A DNA stretch of 64,000 nucleotides. Origin: Deinococcales bacterium. GTDB taxonomy: Bacteria; Deinococcota; Deinococci; Deinococcales; JAAFIG01. The DNA lies in assembly GCA_031414595.1 (NCBI GenBank), contig JANNVX010000086.1:48686-112685 (forward strand), written 5' to 3'. The notes below the pieces were generated by a model, which worked only from the letters and a program-made list of their open reading frames with translations, made no database searches and was not told where the DNA came from. The first letter of the stretch is position 1; each line of letters starts with the position of its first letter. The translations under genes and the position numbers were made by a program. Below, one piece after another: positions 38,656 through 47,946 of this stretch.

Positions 38656-39569
38656 GGATTGTCTCAGCTAAAGAGATTCAAGCCGTGATGCAGCTTGCAG
38701 ATTTAGCCACTCCGCTAGAAAATGCCTTCAGAGCCTATTCCAAAGGTGATACAAGCGGCTCACTTGGTTTTTTGCGCCCCAAGGGTGGCGAAGTCCACAT
38801 CAAAAGTGGATTTATACAAGGCAGCAAAATCTTTGCGGTTAAAGTCTCGACAGGATTTACTGCCAATGCCACACAGGGCTTAGCCATTTGGGATGGTCTG
38901 GTGATGGCATTTGATGCCAATACTGGCGCACCTGTGGCACTGATACAAGATGGTGGCTTACTGACCGATTGGCGTACTGCAATGGCTGGCGCAGTGGCAA
39001 CCCGGGCTTTGGCGCGAAAAAATGTGCGAACCCTTGGCATTGTCGGCACTGGTATCCAAGGGTACTACCAACCTCTTGCCCACGCAGCAATGCTCGAGTT
39101 TGACGAACTCCTCATTTGGGGACGAAACCCAGAAAAAGCGATTGCCCTAAAAACAAAACTTAAACTGCAACTCGAGCATAAAAAGATTCGAGTATGCAGC
39201 AAACTCGAGGAGCTTGTACAACAAAGCGAGATTCTAATCACTGCCACCAGCAGTTTCGAGCCACTGATTAAGCACGCTTGGGTGCAAGCAGGCACACACA
39301 TCACAGCCATTGGCGCAGATGACGAACAAAAACGCGAACTCGAGCCAAGTTTGATCGAACGAGCCGATTTAATTGTGGTGGACTCAAGAACAGCCAACCA
39401 ACAATACGGCGATTTTCAAGGTCTAAGCCTTAAAATGCTTGAACTGGGCGAAATTCTCGAGCAACCAGAACTAGGACGCAGTTCAGATTCGCAGGTCACC
39501 ATTGCAAAACTGATTGGGCTTGGGGTGCAAGACCTTGCTGCCGTGGAAACGCTGCTTGAGAAAATCTGA
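38652..39569 (+). CDS. Ornithine cyclodeaminase/mu-crystallin family protein
   Basis: Motifs LTDWRTA, GTGIQG, HITAIGAD and GLGVQD. ATGA overlap. Confidence 0.9.
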   Translation: MRIVSAKEIQAVMQLADLATPLENAFRAYSKGDTSGSLGFLRPKGGEVHIKSGFIQGSKIFAVKVSTGFTANATQGLAIWDGLVMAFDANTGAPVALIQDGGLLTDWRTAMAGAVATRALARKNVRTLGIVGTGIQGYYQPLAHAAMLEFDELLIWGRNPEKAIALKTKLKLQLEHKKIRVCSKLEELVQQSEILITATSSFEPLIKHAWVQAGTHITAIGADDEQKRELEPSLIERADLIVVDSRTANQQYGDFQGLSLKMLELGEILEQPELGRSSDSQVTIAKLIGLGVQDLAAVETLLEKI

Positions 39570-39616
39570 TTTACATGGCTCGAGACCAAATTTACCTCTG
39601 CTCGAGACCATCTGAT

Positions 39617-40363
39617 TTACTTCTGCTCGAGGACACCTTTTTCTGGGGCAGCACCTTCTAAGCTGACCAAAAAATCAGAATAAGCTGGAAAGGTATCCAG
39701 CACCCAAGTCTGAAATGCCCTGTCTAAGTTAAAACCAGTGCCAATAGCAAAAACCACCAGCACCACACCAAAAACCCGTTGAACTTTACTTAAATTGTTC
39801 ATCAACCATCCTGCTCGAGTCAGTAATTTTCGTCCACCAAGCATGACGGCAAGCATTGGAATGGCAGTGCCTATCGAAAAACCAAGCGTGACAATAAAGG
39901 CTTGGGCAGTAACCGCATTTGATAGTGCCAGCGTAATGACACTTGCCATGATTGGACCAACACACGGAGTCCAGAGCAGTCCTAGGGTTGCACCAACCAC
40001 CATCCCACCCGCAAAACCATCGTTTTTTCCTTGCCCAAGACTGCTCAGATTGCCCATTGCCTGACTCGAGAAGCGCTCGTAAATGGTGTGTAATTGCGGT
40101 ACGCACAAGACCAGCCCAAACATCAAGAGTAAACCGACACTGACCAAACGTAAGGCATCGGGTGAGACCCCAAGAGCTTGAACGATACCCGACAAAAACA
40201 AGGTAAAGACCGTGAACGACGCAATAAATCCAGCAATAATGCCGTAAGGGCGTGATTTCCCACCGATTGAACCAGACAGCAAAAACGGCAGTACCGGCAG
40301 CACACACGGCGAAGCAACCGTTAAAATACCAGATAGAAATGCAAAAAAAGTTGTGGTTAGCAT
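39617..40363 (-). CDS. CcdA/DsbD-type cytochrome c biogenesis membrane protein
   Basis: SPCVLP and WTPCVGP motifs. Confidence 0.9.
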   Translation of the reverse strand: MLTTTFFAFLSGILTVASPCVLPVLPFLLSGSIGGKSRPYGIIAGFIASFTVFTLFLSGIVQALGVSPDALRLVSVGLLLMFGLVLCVPQLHTIYERFSSQAMGNLSSLGQGKNDGFAGGMVVGATLGLLWTPCVGPIMASVITLALSNAVTAQAFIVTLGFSIGTAIPMLAVMLGGRKLLTRAGWLMNNLSKVQRVFGVVLVVFAIGTGFNLDRAFQTWVLDTFPAYSDFLVSLEGAAPEKGVLEQK

Positions 40364-40420
40364 AAAACTCCAAAAAAAACGAAGGTTAGCTCGAGGAGGC
40401 TCAACCTTCGTTTTTACAAA

Positions 40421-40810
40421 TTACTTGGTTTTGGTATTGACAAGTAGCTCGTCTATGCCGCCACCAGACCATTTTTTAAGTTCAACACCTTTAGCATCCA
40501 CAAAAACAAAACTGTGTTGATAAGTGATTTTGTACTTGGTCTTCAGGGCAGTTTCGGTGTCGTAATCGGTCTTAAAAATCATCACATTCTCTGGGATTTT
40601 CTTCAAGTTCTCGTTAAAGTTCTTATCGGCAGCACGGCAGCTTGGACACCAACTGGCAGCAAAAAACAAGACTCGTTTTTGGCTACTGGCTTTATCGAAA
40701 GCCTCTTTGCTATAAGCCACATAATTTTCGCTCTTCATCATTGTGTCGCTTTGTGCCAGCGCCACCGAAACACCTAAAAGAGCCACCAAGCCAAGCATCA
40801 TTTTCTTCAT
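40421..40810 (-). CDS. Exported thioredoxin-family protein
   Basis: GGAGG RBS, signal peptide and WCPSC. Confidence 0.85.
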   Translation of the reverse strand: MKKMMLGLVALLGVSVALAQSDTMMKSENYVAYSKEAFDKASSQKRVLFFAASWCPSCRAADKNFNENLKKIPENVMIFKTDYDTETALKTKYKITYQHSFVFVDAKGVELKKWSGGGIDELLVNTKTK

Positions 40811-40887
40811 AAATCCTCCAAAATTGTTCTCGAGTTTGGGTTTTCTCGAGATATTTAATTTAGTTACGCAAGTCTGGTAAAAAAAGT

Positions 40888-41415
40888 TCAACGCCCCAAA
40901 TCATGAACACCGATTTCACGCAGGTAATCTCTAAAGTCCAAAGTATTCATGCTGCCCAGCACAGTACGGCGCACAATGCCGTTCGCGTCTATAAAATAGG
41001 TGGTTGGAATGGCTTGTATACCATAACGATTCGCCACGTCTCTGGTGGGTTCGGTACTCCCTTGGCTGTCTGGGTCGGTCAGGACAGTAAAGGTGTATTT
41101 GCTGTCGCGCATGAATTTAAGACTGGTTTCTCGAGGTTCAGAAATTGCCACAGCCAAGAACTCGACTTGGGCTTTATTGCGAAGCCAAACTGTGTGTAAG
41201 CCCGGAAATTCGCCTCGGCAAGGTCCACACCAAGAAGCCCAGAAATTTAGCACAACTGGTTTACCCTTAAAATTCTCGAGCTTAACGGTTTTCCCTTCAT
41301 TTGAGGTTAGTAAAAACTCTGGGGCAGCTAAATCCAGTAATACCAGACTTTCCCGTGGGGCAGCACTTGAAAGACCAGTCAAAGACAAAGCAAGAGCAAA
41401 CAACCATTTTTTCAT
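40888..41415 (-). CDS. TlpA family disulfide reductase
   Basis: NFWASWCGPC, IPTTYFID and a signal peptide. Confidence 0.9.
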   Translation of the reverse strand: MKKWLFALALSLTGLSSAAPRESLVLLDLAAPEFLLTSNEGKTVKLENFKGKPVVLNFWASWCGPCRGEFPGLHTVWLRNKAQVEFLAVAISEPRETSLKFMRDSKYTFTVLTDPDSQGSTEPTRDVANRYGIQAIPTTYFIDANGIVRRTVLGSMNTLDFRDYLREIGVHDLGR

Positions 41416-41433
41416 GATTAAGTATAATCCATC

Positions 41434-41516
41434 TCAGAATGCAGCGCATGACCAAAGAAACAATTCTCGAGGCTGAAGAGACTCCTGTACTCGAGGGAAC
41501 GAACGCAGAACTCGAG
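41434..41516 (+). repeat. Left direct repeat (copy of the scpB 5' end)
   Basis: 83 bp with 6 mismatches to 47864-47946. Ends at CTCGAG. Confidence 0.9.
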
Positions 41517-41582
41517 CTATCAGAGGAGACTGAACTCGAGAACATCAATTCAGAATTTGAAGGCATGGGTCAGGTGCTTTAA
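41439..41582 (+). pseudogene. Truncated scpB 5' fragment (47 codons)
   Basis: MQRMTKETILEAEETPVLEGTNAELE matches the ScpB N-terminal extension. TATAAT upstream at 41423. Confidence 0.7.
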
Positions 41583-41749
41583 TGCCTTATACTTGCGCCG
41601 CCCTTAATCGTGTGCATACTTAAAAACAGACCGCGAATAAGCGAGTTATTGCTTAGATCATGCTCTAGTTGCAACAAGACCTGATCCAACTTTTCCAAGT
41701 GGTCATAGGCTTCGGCTCTAAACTCGCCCATGAAGGCTGCCAGATTCAT
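41579..41749 (-). pseudogene. Truncated CheA-type Hpt domain fragment
   Basis: MNLAAFMGEFRAEAYDHLEKLDQVLLQLE...FLSMHTIKGGAS stops just after the phospho-His motif. Confidence 0.7.
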
Positions 41750-41888
41750 GACACTATTTTGCCATACTTGACATGGTTTTGTGTACTTCCCACTGCCAGC
41801 AATCTTATAAGGCATAATAGATTACAATTAACGATTTCTGAAACGTGATAGGTAAGGTCACAGTTAAAACTATGCTTTTTAGTACAAC

Positions 41889-42860
41889 TTACTTAAAGAT
41901 TGCACTTTGGGCTTTTACACCCCAGAAATAGATTTCCTTTTTACTCGAGAAACTCGTAATTAAATACTTCCCATCAGGTGTAAATGCCATTTGTATGATA
42001 TAGCCTTCGCCAAACTTAAATACTGATTTATCCGCAGACCAGACTCGTTCACCAGTTGCTAAGTTAATGAGTTCTAAAGACACCCCAGTTGATTTAGCGA
42101 ACAAAGTATTTGATTGATTAAATTCCAAGTAACCACAACCCCTAGGAATTTTAAGGGCTGTTTTTTTGACTCCAGTTAAGGCATCAAACGTTAGTAATTC
42201 TTCATCCTTACAAACGTACCAAGTTTTACCGTCGGGTGAAAAATTATTTGCCTGACCACCTTCGATTAACACAAGGATTTTACCATCTTGAAAATTTGTT
42301 AAATACGATGCCTGATTTCTAATTTGAGTCGAATAAGTATTGACCGAAGAACTACTCTTAAAGTATGTGATAAAAGAAGCTGTTTTAGCCTCCCAATAAG
42401 AAGTTCTTAAATCACTCGAGAATCCGCCTAGTGAATAAGTATTGTAGCTACCAATGATAGTTGAATTATCAAAATTAGTTTCAAAATAAGTCAGTATTTT
42501 ATCTGAGGGACTACTTTGCGTGGCATTGTCGTCTATATTTTCCAGTATAACTCCACCACTTTTTGCATTGACCAAAATTGACTTGCTATCCTTTGACCAA
42601 ATATTAGTATTGTTATCGCTTAGCAAATCAGAAGAAAAGACCTTTAGGCTTAATGAAAAAGTATTGATGTCATAAATAAATCTGTTCAAATTTGGAAAAT
42701 CAACAATCAATAACTTCGTACCATCAGGACTGAGCTTAATGTCGTTTATTCTTTCAGGTAAGGTAATTTTTTGAATTATCTCGAGTTTAGAAAATTTACT
42801 GCCAGAGCTACAAGAAAATAGCAATATCGGAACACAAGAACACAGAAAAAGTTTTTTCAT
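41889..42860 (-). CDS. WD40/beta-propeller lipoprotein
   Basis: Lipobox LLFSC and blades LSPDGTK, WSKDSK, FSPDGK, FTPDGK. AT-rich. Confidence 0.75.
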   Translation of the reverse strand: MKKLFLCSCVPILLFSCSSGSKFSKLEIIQKITLPERINDIKLSPDGTKLLIVDFPNLNRFIYDINTFSLSLKVFSSDLLSDNNTNIWSKDSKSILVNAKSGGVILENIDDNATQSSPSDKILTYFETNFDNSTIIGSYNTYSLGGFSSDLRTSYWEAKTASFITYFKSSSSVNTYSTQIRNQASYLTNFQDGKILVLIEGGQANNFSPDGKTWYVCKDEELLTFDALTGVKKTALKIPRGCGYLEFNQSNTLFAKSTGVSLELINLATGERVWSADKSVFKFGEGYIIQMAFTPDGKYLITSFSSKKEIYFWGVKAQSAIFK

Positions 42861-42893
42861 AATACCCTTTGAGACAATATAACAGAGATTTTC

Positions 42894-43583
42894 TTACTTT
42901 TGATTTAAGACATAGACTTTTGGTTGCTCGAGGTCAAGTGTACCAAAGAAGTAAAGTGGTAATCCATAGAATAATTCATATTTACCATCTGTTCGATAGG
43001 GCTTACCGAAGCCGAAGCCCATAGCTTGTTGTGGAGCTTCTGGTAGCTTGTTAAATTCCCATTCCCAATTATCGCTAAACATCTGCATTAGAAAAGTAAA
43101 TCGACTTCCCATATATTCCTTAGGGGAATCATCTAATATGCGCCAATTTGGACGACCACCGATACGTGTTGTATTGGTACTTGAGTTTCTCAGTGCTTGT
43201 AAATCTAACTTTTCATGCTTTAATACACGTATATAATCTATTCGCATTTGACTTATTTCCCCTTGTTCAAAAACGAGGATGCAAAATCTTTTCTCGTAAT
43301 CATTAAGAAAATAGTCTGGTAATCCCAAATGTCGTCCATTTGGGGGCATTAGAGAAAAATTATCATCGGCACATGATGTGCAGGCAAAAATAGCCATAAC
43401 TTTCCCTTTCCACTCATGTTTTTCTGGAAATTGAACTTGAAAAAAGAAAGTCATTGGTGCGCCACATAGTTTGCATTTTGGCAACTGTAGATGTTCGGGT
43501 AGATTGGGATAGCCACCTATGTGTGTCAAACTCTTCTGGTCTTGTGAATCTACAGGTAATCTAACTAATTCATAAACTGGCAT
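42894..43583 (-). CDS. DUF1963/YwqG-like protein, putative immunity protein
   Basis: Twice-repeated IGGxP motif and PKCKLCGAPMTFFFQ. First gene downstream of the nuclease toxin. RBS present. Confidence 0.65.
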   Translation of the reverse strand: MPVYELVRLPVDSQDQKSLTHIGGYPNLPEHLQLPKCKLCGAPMTFFFQVQFPEKHEWKGKVMAIFACTSCADDNFSLMPPNGRHLGLPDYFLNDYEKRFCILVFEQGEISQMRIDYIRVLKHEKLDLQALRNSSTNTTRIGGRPNWRILDDSPKEYMGSRFTFLMQMFSDNWEWEFNKLPEAPQQAMGFGFGKPYRTDGKYELFYGLPLYFFGTLDLEQPKVYVLNQK

Positions 43584-43606
43584 AAATATCCTTTCCTATT
43601 TGTGTA

Positions 43607-43634
43607 GCCCAAGGAGAGAATTCTCCCCTTGGGC
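43607..43634. other. Strong stem-loop between the toxin and immunity genes
   Basis: GCCCAAGGAGAGAA/TTCTCCCCTTGGGC, a near-perfect palindrome. Confidence 0.65.
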
Positions 43635-43642
43635 AGTGTATT

Positions 43643-46600
43643 TTAGATATTAGGGTTAGCAAAAACCCTTGAAACAGCAATCCCATTTGTTGTGATGATG
43701 TACTCAAGTTCACTTGGTCGTTTCGGATATGTAGGATCTGTGTACTTCAGTTTAACAGTTAGTGAAACAGTATCTCCAGCACGCACAGAAGCTGCCATAT
43801 TTCTCTCTAAAGCAGATAATGCGCCCGTATTGAGTGTACTTCGGATAGGCACAATGTTATTTGAACGCGATCCTCCAGCCCCACCTAATACATACGCTAG
43901 AATATGTCCCGCCTGATCTAGGCTATCACCAGTTACTACGTCAATTGCACCATTTGCCACTGTCTCACGTCTTGCGGTTCTCGTTGGATTTGTCCCACCA
44001 TTGATGTATGTACTATCTAGTACAGCTGTAACTTGGGTTATTAAATCTCCAACTTTGGTTACTGTTGTTGGACAAAGATTTTTTGGTACTGCTCGGGTTT
44101 GAAGGGTTATTTTTCCTGGCGATGCGGCTGCCGCCAATCTCTTTGCAACACAGTACACGGAGGCTTCAATATCTGCAATTCGGACTTGTGCTTCTATATT
44201 CAAAGCATCGTATCTTGGGTCTTGAATATCATCATTAATTTTGCCCAGTGCGGCTTTGGGTTGTAATTGTAATTCATCTGCATAAACTTTCACGGAGGCT
44301 TCAACTCTATCGTTACATTCTGTTCCGCAATCATTGATGCCCTTAACAACTTTCCCAAAGGCTGTGTCTAAATCTGTCTTTAGCCCATCAACTGTTTTCC
44401 CAGCGTCTACACCTTCTTGAATAATCTTTTCAATGCCGTTAGAAACACCTTTTGTACCTTGCTTGCTTGGCTTGAAGACCTTGGCAAACTTGGCGTATAG
44501 CTCGCCTGTAACTGGTGAAATATCAGCAATTACGCCAACGCCAGCCAGTACAATCATTCCTACACCTAGGGTTTGGCATTCTTGGGTTTGACAGGCTTTC
44601 ACCGTCTCGAGGAAGTCCTTACCACTGCCAATAAAGGGTATGAAACTGGTTGTAAAGTTCTTTGCGTCTTCCCAGAAACCATCTTTTAAGTAACTGTTCC
44701 ATTTTAGAACAGCTGTGGCGGAGTCATTGGTTAGGATATGTCCCCAGAAATTGGCAGTCACGGCTGGAATTGGGTACTTAAAATCTGGAATATCGGCAAT
44801 ACCTACTGGTGGGGTGTAGGTTGCAGTGACAGTGCTGCAATTATTGAGCAGTGCATTGTCTGGCATTTTGTTAATCCAGTCGCTGTTGTCTGTACCGCAG
44901 TTGGGATTGCCGTACATGCTAATTTGGGTTAAATCTAGCTTATCGCCGTTTAAGGGGTAGGCATTGCTTGGCAGGGTGACTTCAATAAATGCTTTGCCGT
45001 TTTCCATGACACAATCGCCGCAGTCAGATAACAGTGACGGGTTGGTGGTTTTGAAGGCGGCTTTGAAGTACCCGTTAGCGGTGGTCATCAGTGCGCCAGT
45101 GTCATCCACAGCGTATACAGGCACTTTGAATTTAATGTTGCCGTTATTTACATCACTTTGGCGTAAGCGCACGGTTAGCATCAATTCGGTTGTGCCGTTA
45201 AAGTTGCCTTTGTTTTCAGTGGTGTACGGGGTGGCTTTGTCACCTGGTATCATTTTGTCTGGTAGTACAGCCATATAGATTTTGGGTATCCGAAGCCCAC
45301 CAATTACATCAAAACGGTAGGTTTGGTCAAATAGACTCGAGGTCACATGGAATTGACTATTGCCTTGGGCTTGTAGCACAGGTACATCGGTGCTACGAAT
45401 TCGCACAAATTCGCATAAATCTGGGTTATTGGAGTTCTCGAATTTCAGGTGAGGGGTTTGAACTTGGTTGTAATAAGTCAGTACAGAACTGCAAAATACA
45501 TTCCTAAAATTACTTCCATTGCTCCAAGCATTCCAACGGGTAGAAACTCCCGGGAAAGCAGCGCTTTTGTGCATCACATATGGAAAGTAATCAATGTAGT
45601 TTGTACCCGCTTGTGGACGGGCTGCATATGGGCGAATCACCGAACGAGAGGCAGGTAGATTATCGAGCGGGTCAACGGTTTTGGCTCGAGTCAAACTGGG
45701 GTAGTTAAAAGCTGGGCGAAAGAAGGCATTTTGTGGTTGTGCGGTAATGTCTTGGGCTTTGGCTACCACATAAGCACGGTACGTGTCGGTTTGACCTTTA
45801 TTATCGGTCACGGTGAGTTTAACAATGTGTTCGCCGGCATTAAAGGTATGGGTGGTTTGTGCGCCAGTGGCTGTGGTGTTATCGCCAAAATTCCAAGTGT
45901 AAGTTAAAGCGCTGCTGCCTGTGGAGGTTACTGCATCGAAACTCACATTAAACGGAGCAATCCCAAAACTTGCGCCTGAGCCAAAGCTGCTCGAGAGTAC
46001 AAATTTGGCTTTTGGCTTGGGTTGCCAACGGGTAAGCCAAGTTTCGTTTTGGTAGGCAACACTACCGCCGCCACTGGTGCGGTTGAGCTTTCCACGAATC
46101 AGAGGACGATTATCAATGATTTTGAGTTTCACCACGTAAGTCCCTAGGGTTGGGTAATTGTGGCTGACTCTCGAGCCTGTGCCTGTAGTGTTATCGCCAA
46201 AATCCCATTGGTAGGCAAAACCGGGCAGTGGGTCGCCCGCGTCAAAATTGGCTGTATCAGAACCATTTAGGTTCAGGTTTGGCGAGATATTCTGAATTTC
46301 TGGGAGGATGGCTACTTGAACAGTTTTTTGTTGAGTTCGTCCTGTACTGTCGGTTACGGTTAGATTGGCGTTGTACAAACCCGGATTGGTGTAATTATGA
46401 CTCACAAATGGGCTGGTACTGGTTGTGCCGTCCCCAAAATTCCATTGGTACGTTAAACCTGTTCCGCCAGAGGCACTAGCATCAAAGGTCATGTTTGAAC
46501 CAGCCGTTCCTATGGGTGTCTCGAGGTCAAACGAGGCAAGGGCAGCATCTTCAACGTACCAGCGAACTCTGGGTATGCGAATTGTGTTTAATGGCGTGGC

Positions 46601-47494
46601 AACATCGGTGTCTGTTCCTACCAAGGCGACTTCGCTTGCACCTAGGGCTTGCCCTCGAGTTATTGCACTGGCAGTGTTTTCTTCGGCTCGAGTGACACGG
46701 TTGTTACTTTCGCTGGTCAGTAAAAAATTAAAGGTGAGTTTGAGTGGTAGGTTTGGGAATGTTCCAGCTACTAAAAAAGCGGGTGCTTTGAAGGTCACGG
46801 ATACCGTACCAACATTACACTGGTCGGTTGGACTGGTTTTGCAACTCACGGCTGGGATGACTTTAGAGGTGCTGGATTTTCGGGCTGCAAAACCGTAGTT
46901 TAGAATTGTGTCATTGACAGAAAGTCCAATACCACTTGTAATGGCATCAGCTTTTATTTGGGTGGCTTCGGTTTCGCTAAAGGCTTGAAAATCGGCTGTA
47001 TTAGCATTAACCAGTCCTGTGCTGTACGACAAGTAATTGGATGGTTCAAAGTTACGAGCGGTTTGTACATCGGTGATGGTTTGGTTATTCCAACCAATAA
47101 TACTGGTGAGGGCAGTTCCACCTATTTCGGTTTGGTTGCGGTTTCTGGCAACTAAAGAAAGGTTAGCAAGTGGGTTACTGCTGTTGTTGGTGACTTTGTA
47201 ATTAGCGGTAAAAAACCAGCGTTCTGGACTCGAGTAAAGGCGCATGGTGTAACTGGCTTGTGAGAAACTAACATCGGTGGTGGTTGGGAAAGTGGATTGG
47301 GTGCTGAGTTTTTGGCTGGTTTGATTCTCGAGTGGTACGGGTAGATTTTCGCCTTCTTGTTTACCAACGTACATTTGAAGGGCAACTGTGCCAAGTGGTC
47401 TTGAATTGCTGGATTCGGGCTTAACTGGGTTGGGTTGACCACAGGCAAAAAGAGTTGAAGCAATCAAGAGCGAGATGAGCAGGTTTCTTTTCAT
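43643..47494 (-). CDS. Lipoprotein with 3 PKD domains and C-terminal DNA/RNA non-specific endonuclease (putative polymorphic toxin)
   Basis: Lipobox LFAC, three W[ND]FGD PKD repeats, a pre-toxin-like FIPFIGSGKD segment, and a C-terminal His-Me nuclease DQAGHILAYVLGG...NNIVP...LN.G. Confidence 0.8.
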   Translation of the reverse strand: MKRNLLISLLIASTLFACGQPNPVKPESSNSRPLGTVALQMYVGKQEGENLPVPLENQTSQKLSTQSTFPTTTDVSFSQASYTMRLYSSPERWFFTANYKVTNNSSNPLANLSLVARNRNQTEIGGTALTSIIGWNNQTITDVQTARNFEPSNYLSYSTGLVNANTADFQAFSETEATQIKADAITSGIGLSVNDTILNYGFAARKSSTSKVIPAVSCKTSPTDQCNVGTVSVTFKAPAFLVAGTFPNLPLKLTFNFLLTSESNNRVTRAEENTASAITRGQALGASEVALVGTDTDVATPLNTIRIPRVRWYVEDAALASFDLETPIGTAGSNMTFDASASGGTGLTYQWNFGDGTTSTSPFVSHNYTNPGLYNANLTVTDSTGRTQQKTVQVAILPEIQNISPNLNLNGSDTANFDAGDPLPGFAYQWDFGDNTTGTGSRVSHNYPTLGTYVVKLKIIDNRPLIRGKLNRTSGGGSVAYQNETWLTRWQPKPKAKFVLSSSFGSGASFGIAPFNVSFDAVTSTGSSALTYTWNFGDNTTATGAQTTHTFNAGEHIVKLTVTDNKGQTDTYRAYVVAKAQDITAQPQNAFFRPAFNYPSLTRAKTVDPLDNLPASRSVIRPYAARPQAGTNYIDYFPYVMHKSAAFPGVSTRWNAWSNGSNFRNVFCSSVLTYYNQVQTPHLKFENSNNPDLCEFVRIRSTDVPVLQAQGNSQFHVTSSLFDQTYRFDVIGGLRIPKIYMAVLPDKMIPGDKATPYTTENKGNFNGTTELMLTVRLRQSDVNNGNIKFKVPVYAVDDTGALMTTANGYFKAAFKTTNPSLLSDCGDCVMENGKAFIEVTLPSNAYPLNGDKLDLTQISMYGNPNCGTDNSDWINKMPDNALLNNCSTVTATYTPPVGIADIPDFKYPIPAVTANFWGHILTNDSATAVLKWNSYLKDGFWEDAKNFTTSFIPFIGSGKDFLETVKACQTQECQTLGVGMIVLAGVGVIADISPVTGELYAKFAKVFKPSKQGTKGVSNGIEKIIQEGVDAGKTVDGLKTDLDTAFGKVVKGINDCGTECNDRVEASVKVYADELQLQPKAALGKINDDIQDPRYDALNIEAQVRIADIEASVYCVAKRLAAAASPGKITLQTRAVPKNLCPTTVTKVGDLITQVTAVLDSTYINGGTNPTRTARRETVANGAIDVVTGDSLDQAGHILAYVLGGAGGSRSNNIVPIRSTLNTGALSALERNMAASVRAGDTVSLTVKLKYTDPTYPKRPSELEYIITTNGIAVSRVFANPNI

Positions 47495-47515
47495 AAATAT
47501 CCTTTTAGGGCTTTA

Positions 47516-47542
47516 TGTAACGTTTGTAACGTTTGTAACGTA
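47516..47542. repeat. Three 9-bp tandem repeats just upstream of the toxin RBS
   Basis: TGTAACGTT TGTAACGTT TGTAACGTA. Confidence 0.75.
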
Positions 47543-47863
47543 TAACCGAGTTTCATCTAGCTTTGATACTTTTTTCTGGGCTGTAATTCCGACCTCCTAT
47601 CACCCATTAAACCGATGGTATGTCAAATTTGTATCACGGTATTTTTAGGTTAGACCTATCGTGCTTCACAAAAATAGCATTGATGGAATAAATTCAATCT
47701 AAGATTTTTAACATTCGCCACAATTTCCGAGTGTTCATCATAACTCCATAAGTATTACTGGAAATAAAAATAACAATAACCAGCAAAGACGTAGCCTTTA
47801 CTGGTTAAATGTCAATCTGTTGCGGTAAATTTTTGGTTTAACTGAGCCTGCCTTAAAATCATG

Positions 47864-47946
47864 TCAGAATGCAGCGCATGACCGAAGACCCAATTCTCGA
47901 GGCTGAAGAGACCACCGTACTCGAGGGAACGAACGCAGAACTCGAG
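47864..47946 (+). repeat. Right direct repeat (scpB 5' end)
   Basis: Matches 41434-41516. Confidence 0.9.

Larger units (their letters stand above)
41434..47946. mobile_element. Direct-repeat-bounded genomic island (toxin-immunity cargo, no integrase seen)
   Basis: Flanking 83-bp repeats, partly AT-rich cargo, and gene fragments at the left edge. Confidence 0.7.

Noticed and set aside
40864-40880. Possible second RDRM (TTACGCAAGTCTGGTAA), and a similar one at 47513-47529
   Set aside because: Both miss the conserved C in the right arm, and the downstream genes are not repair genes.
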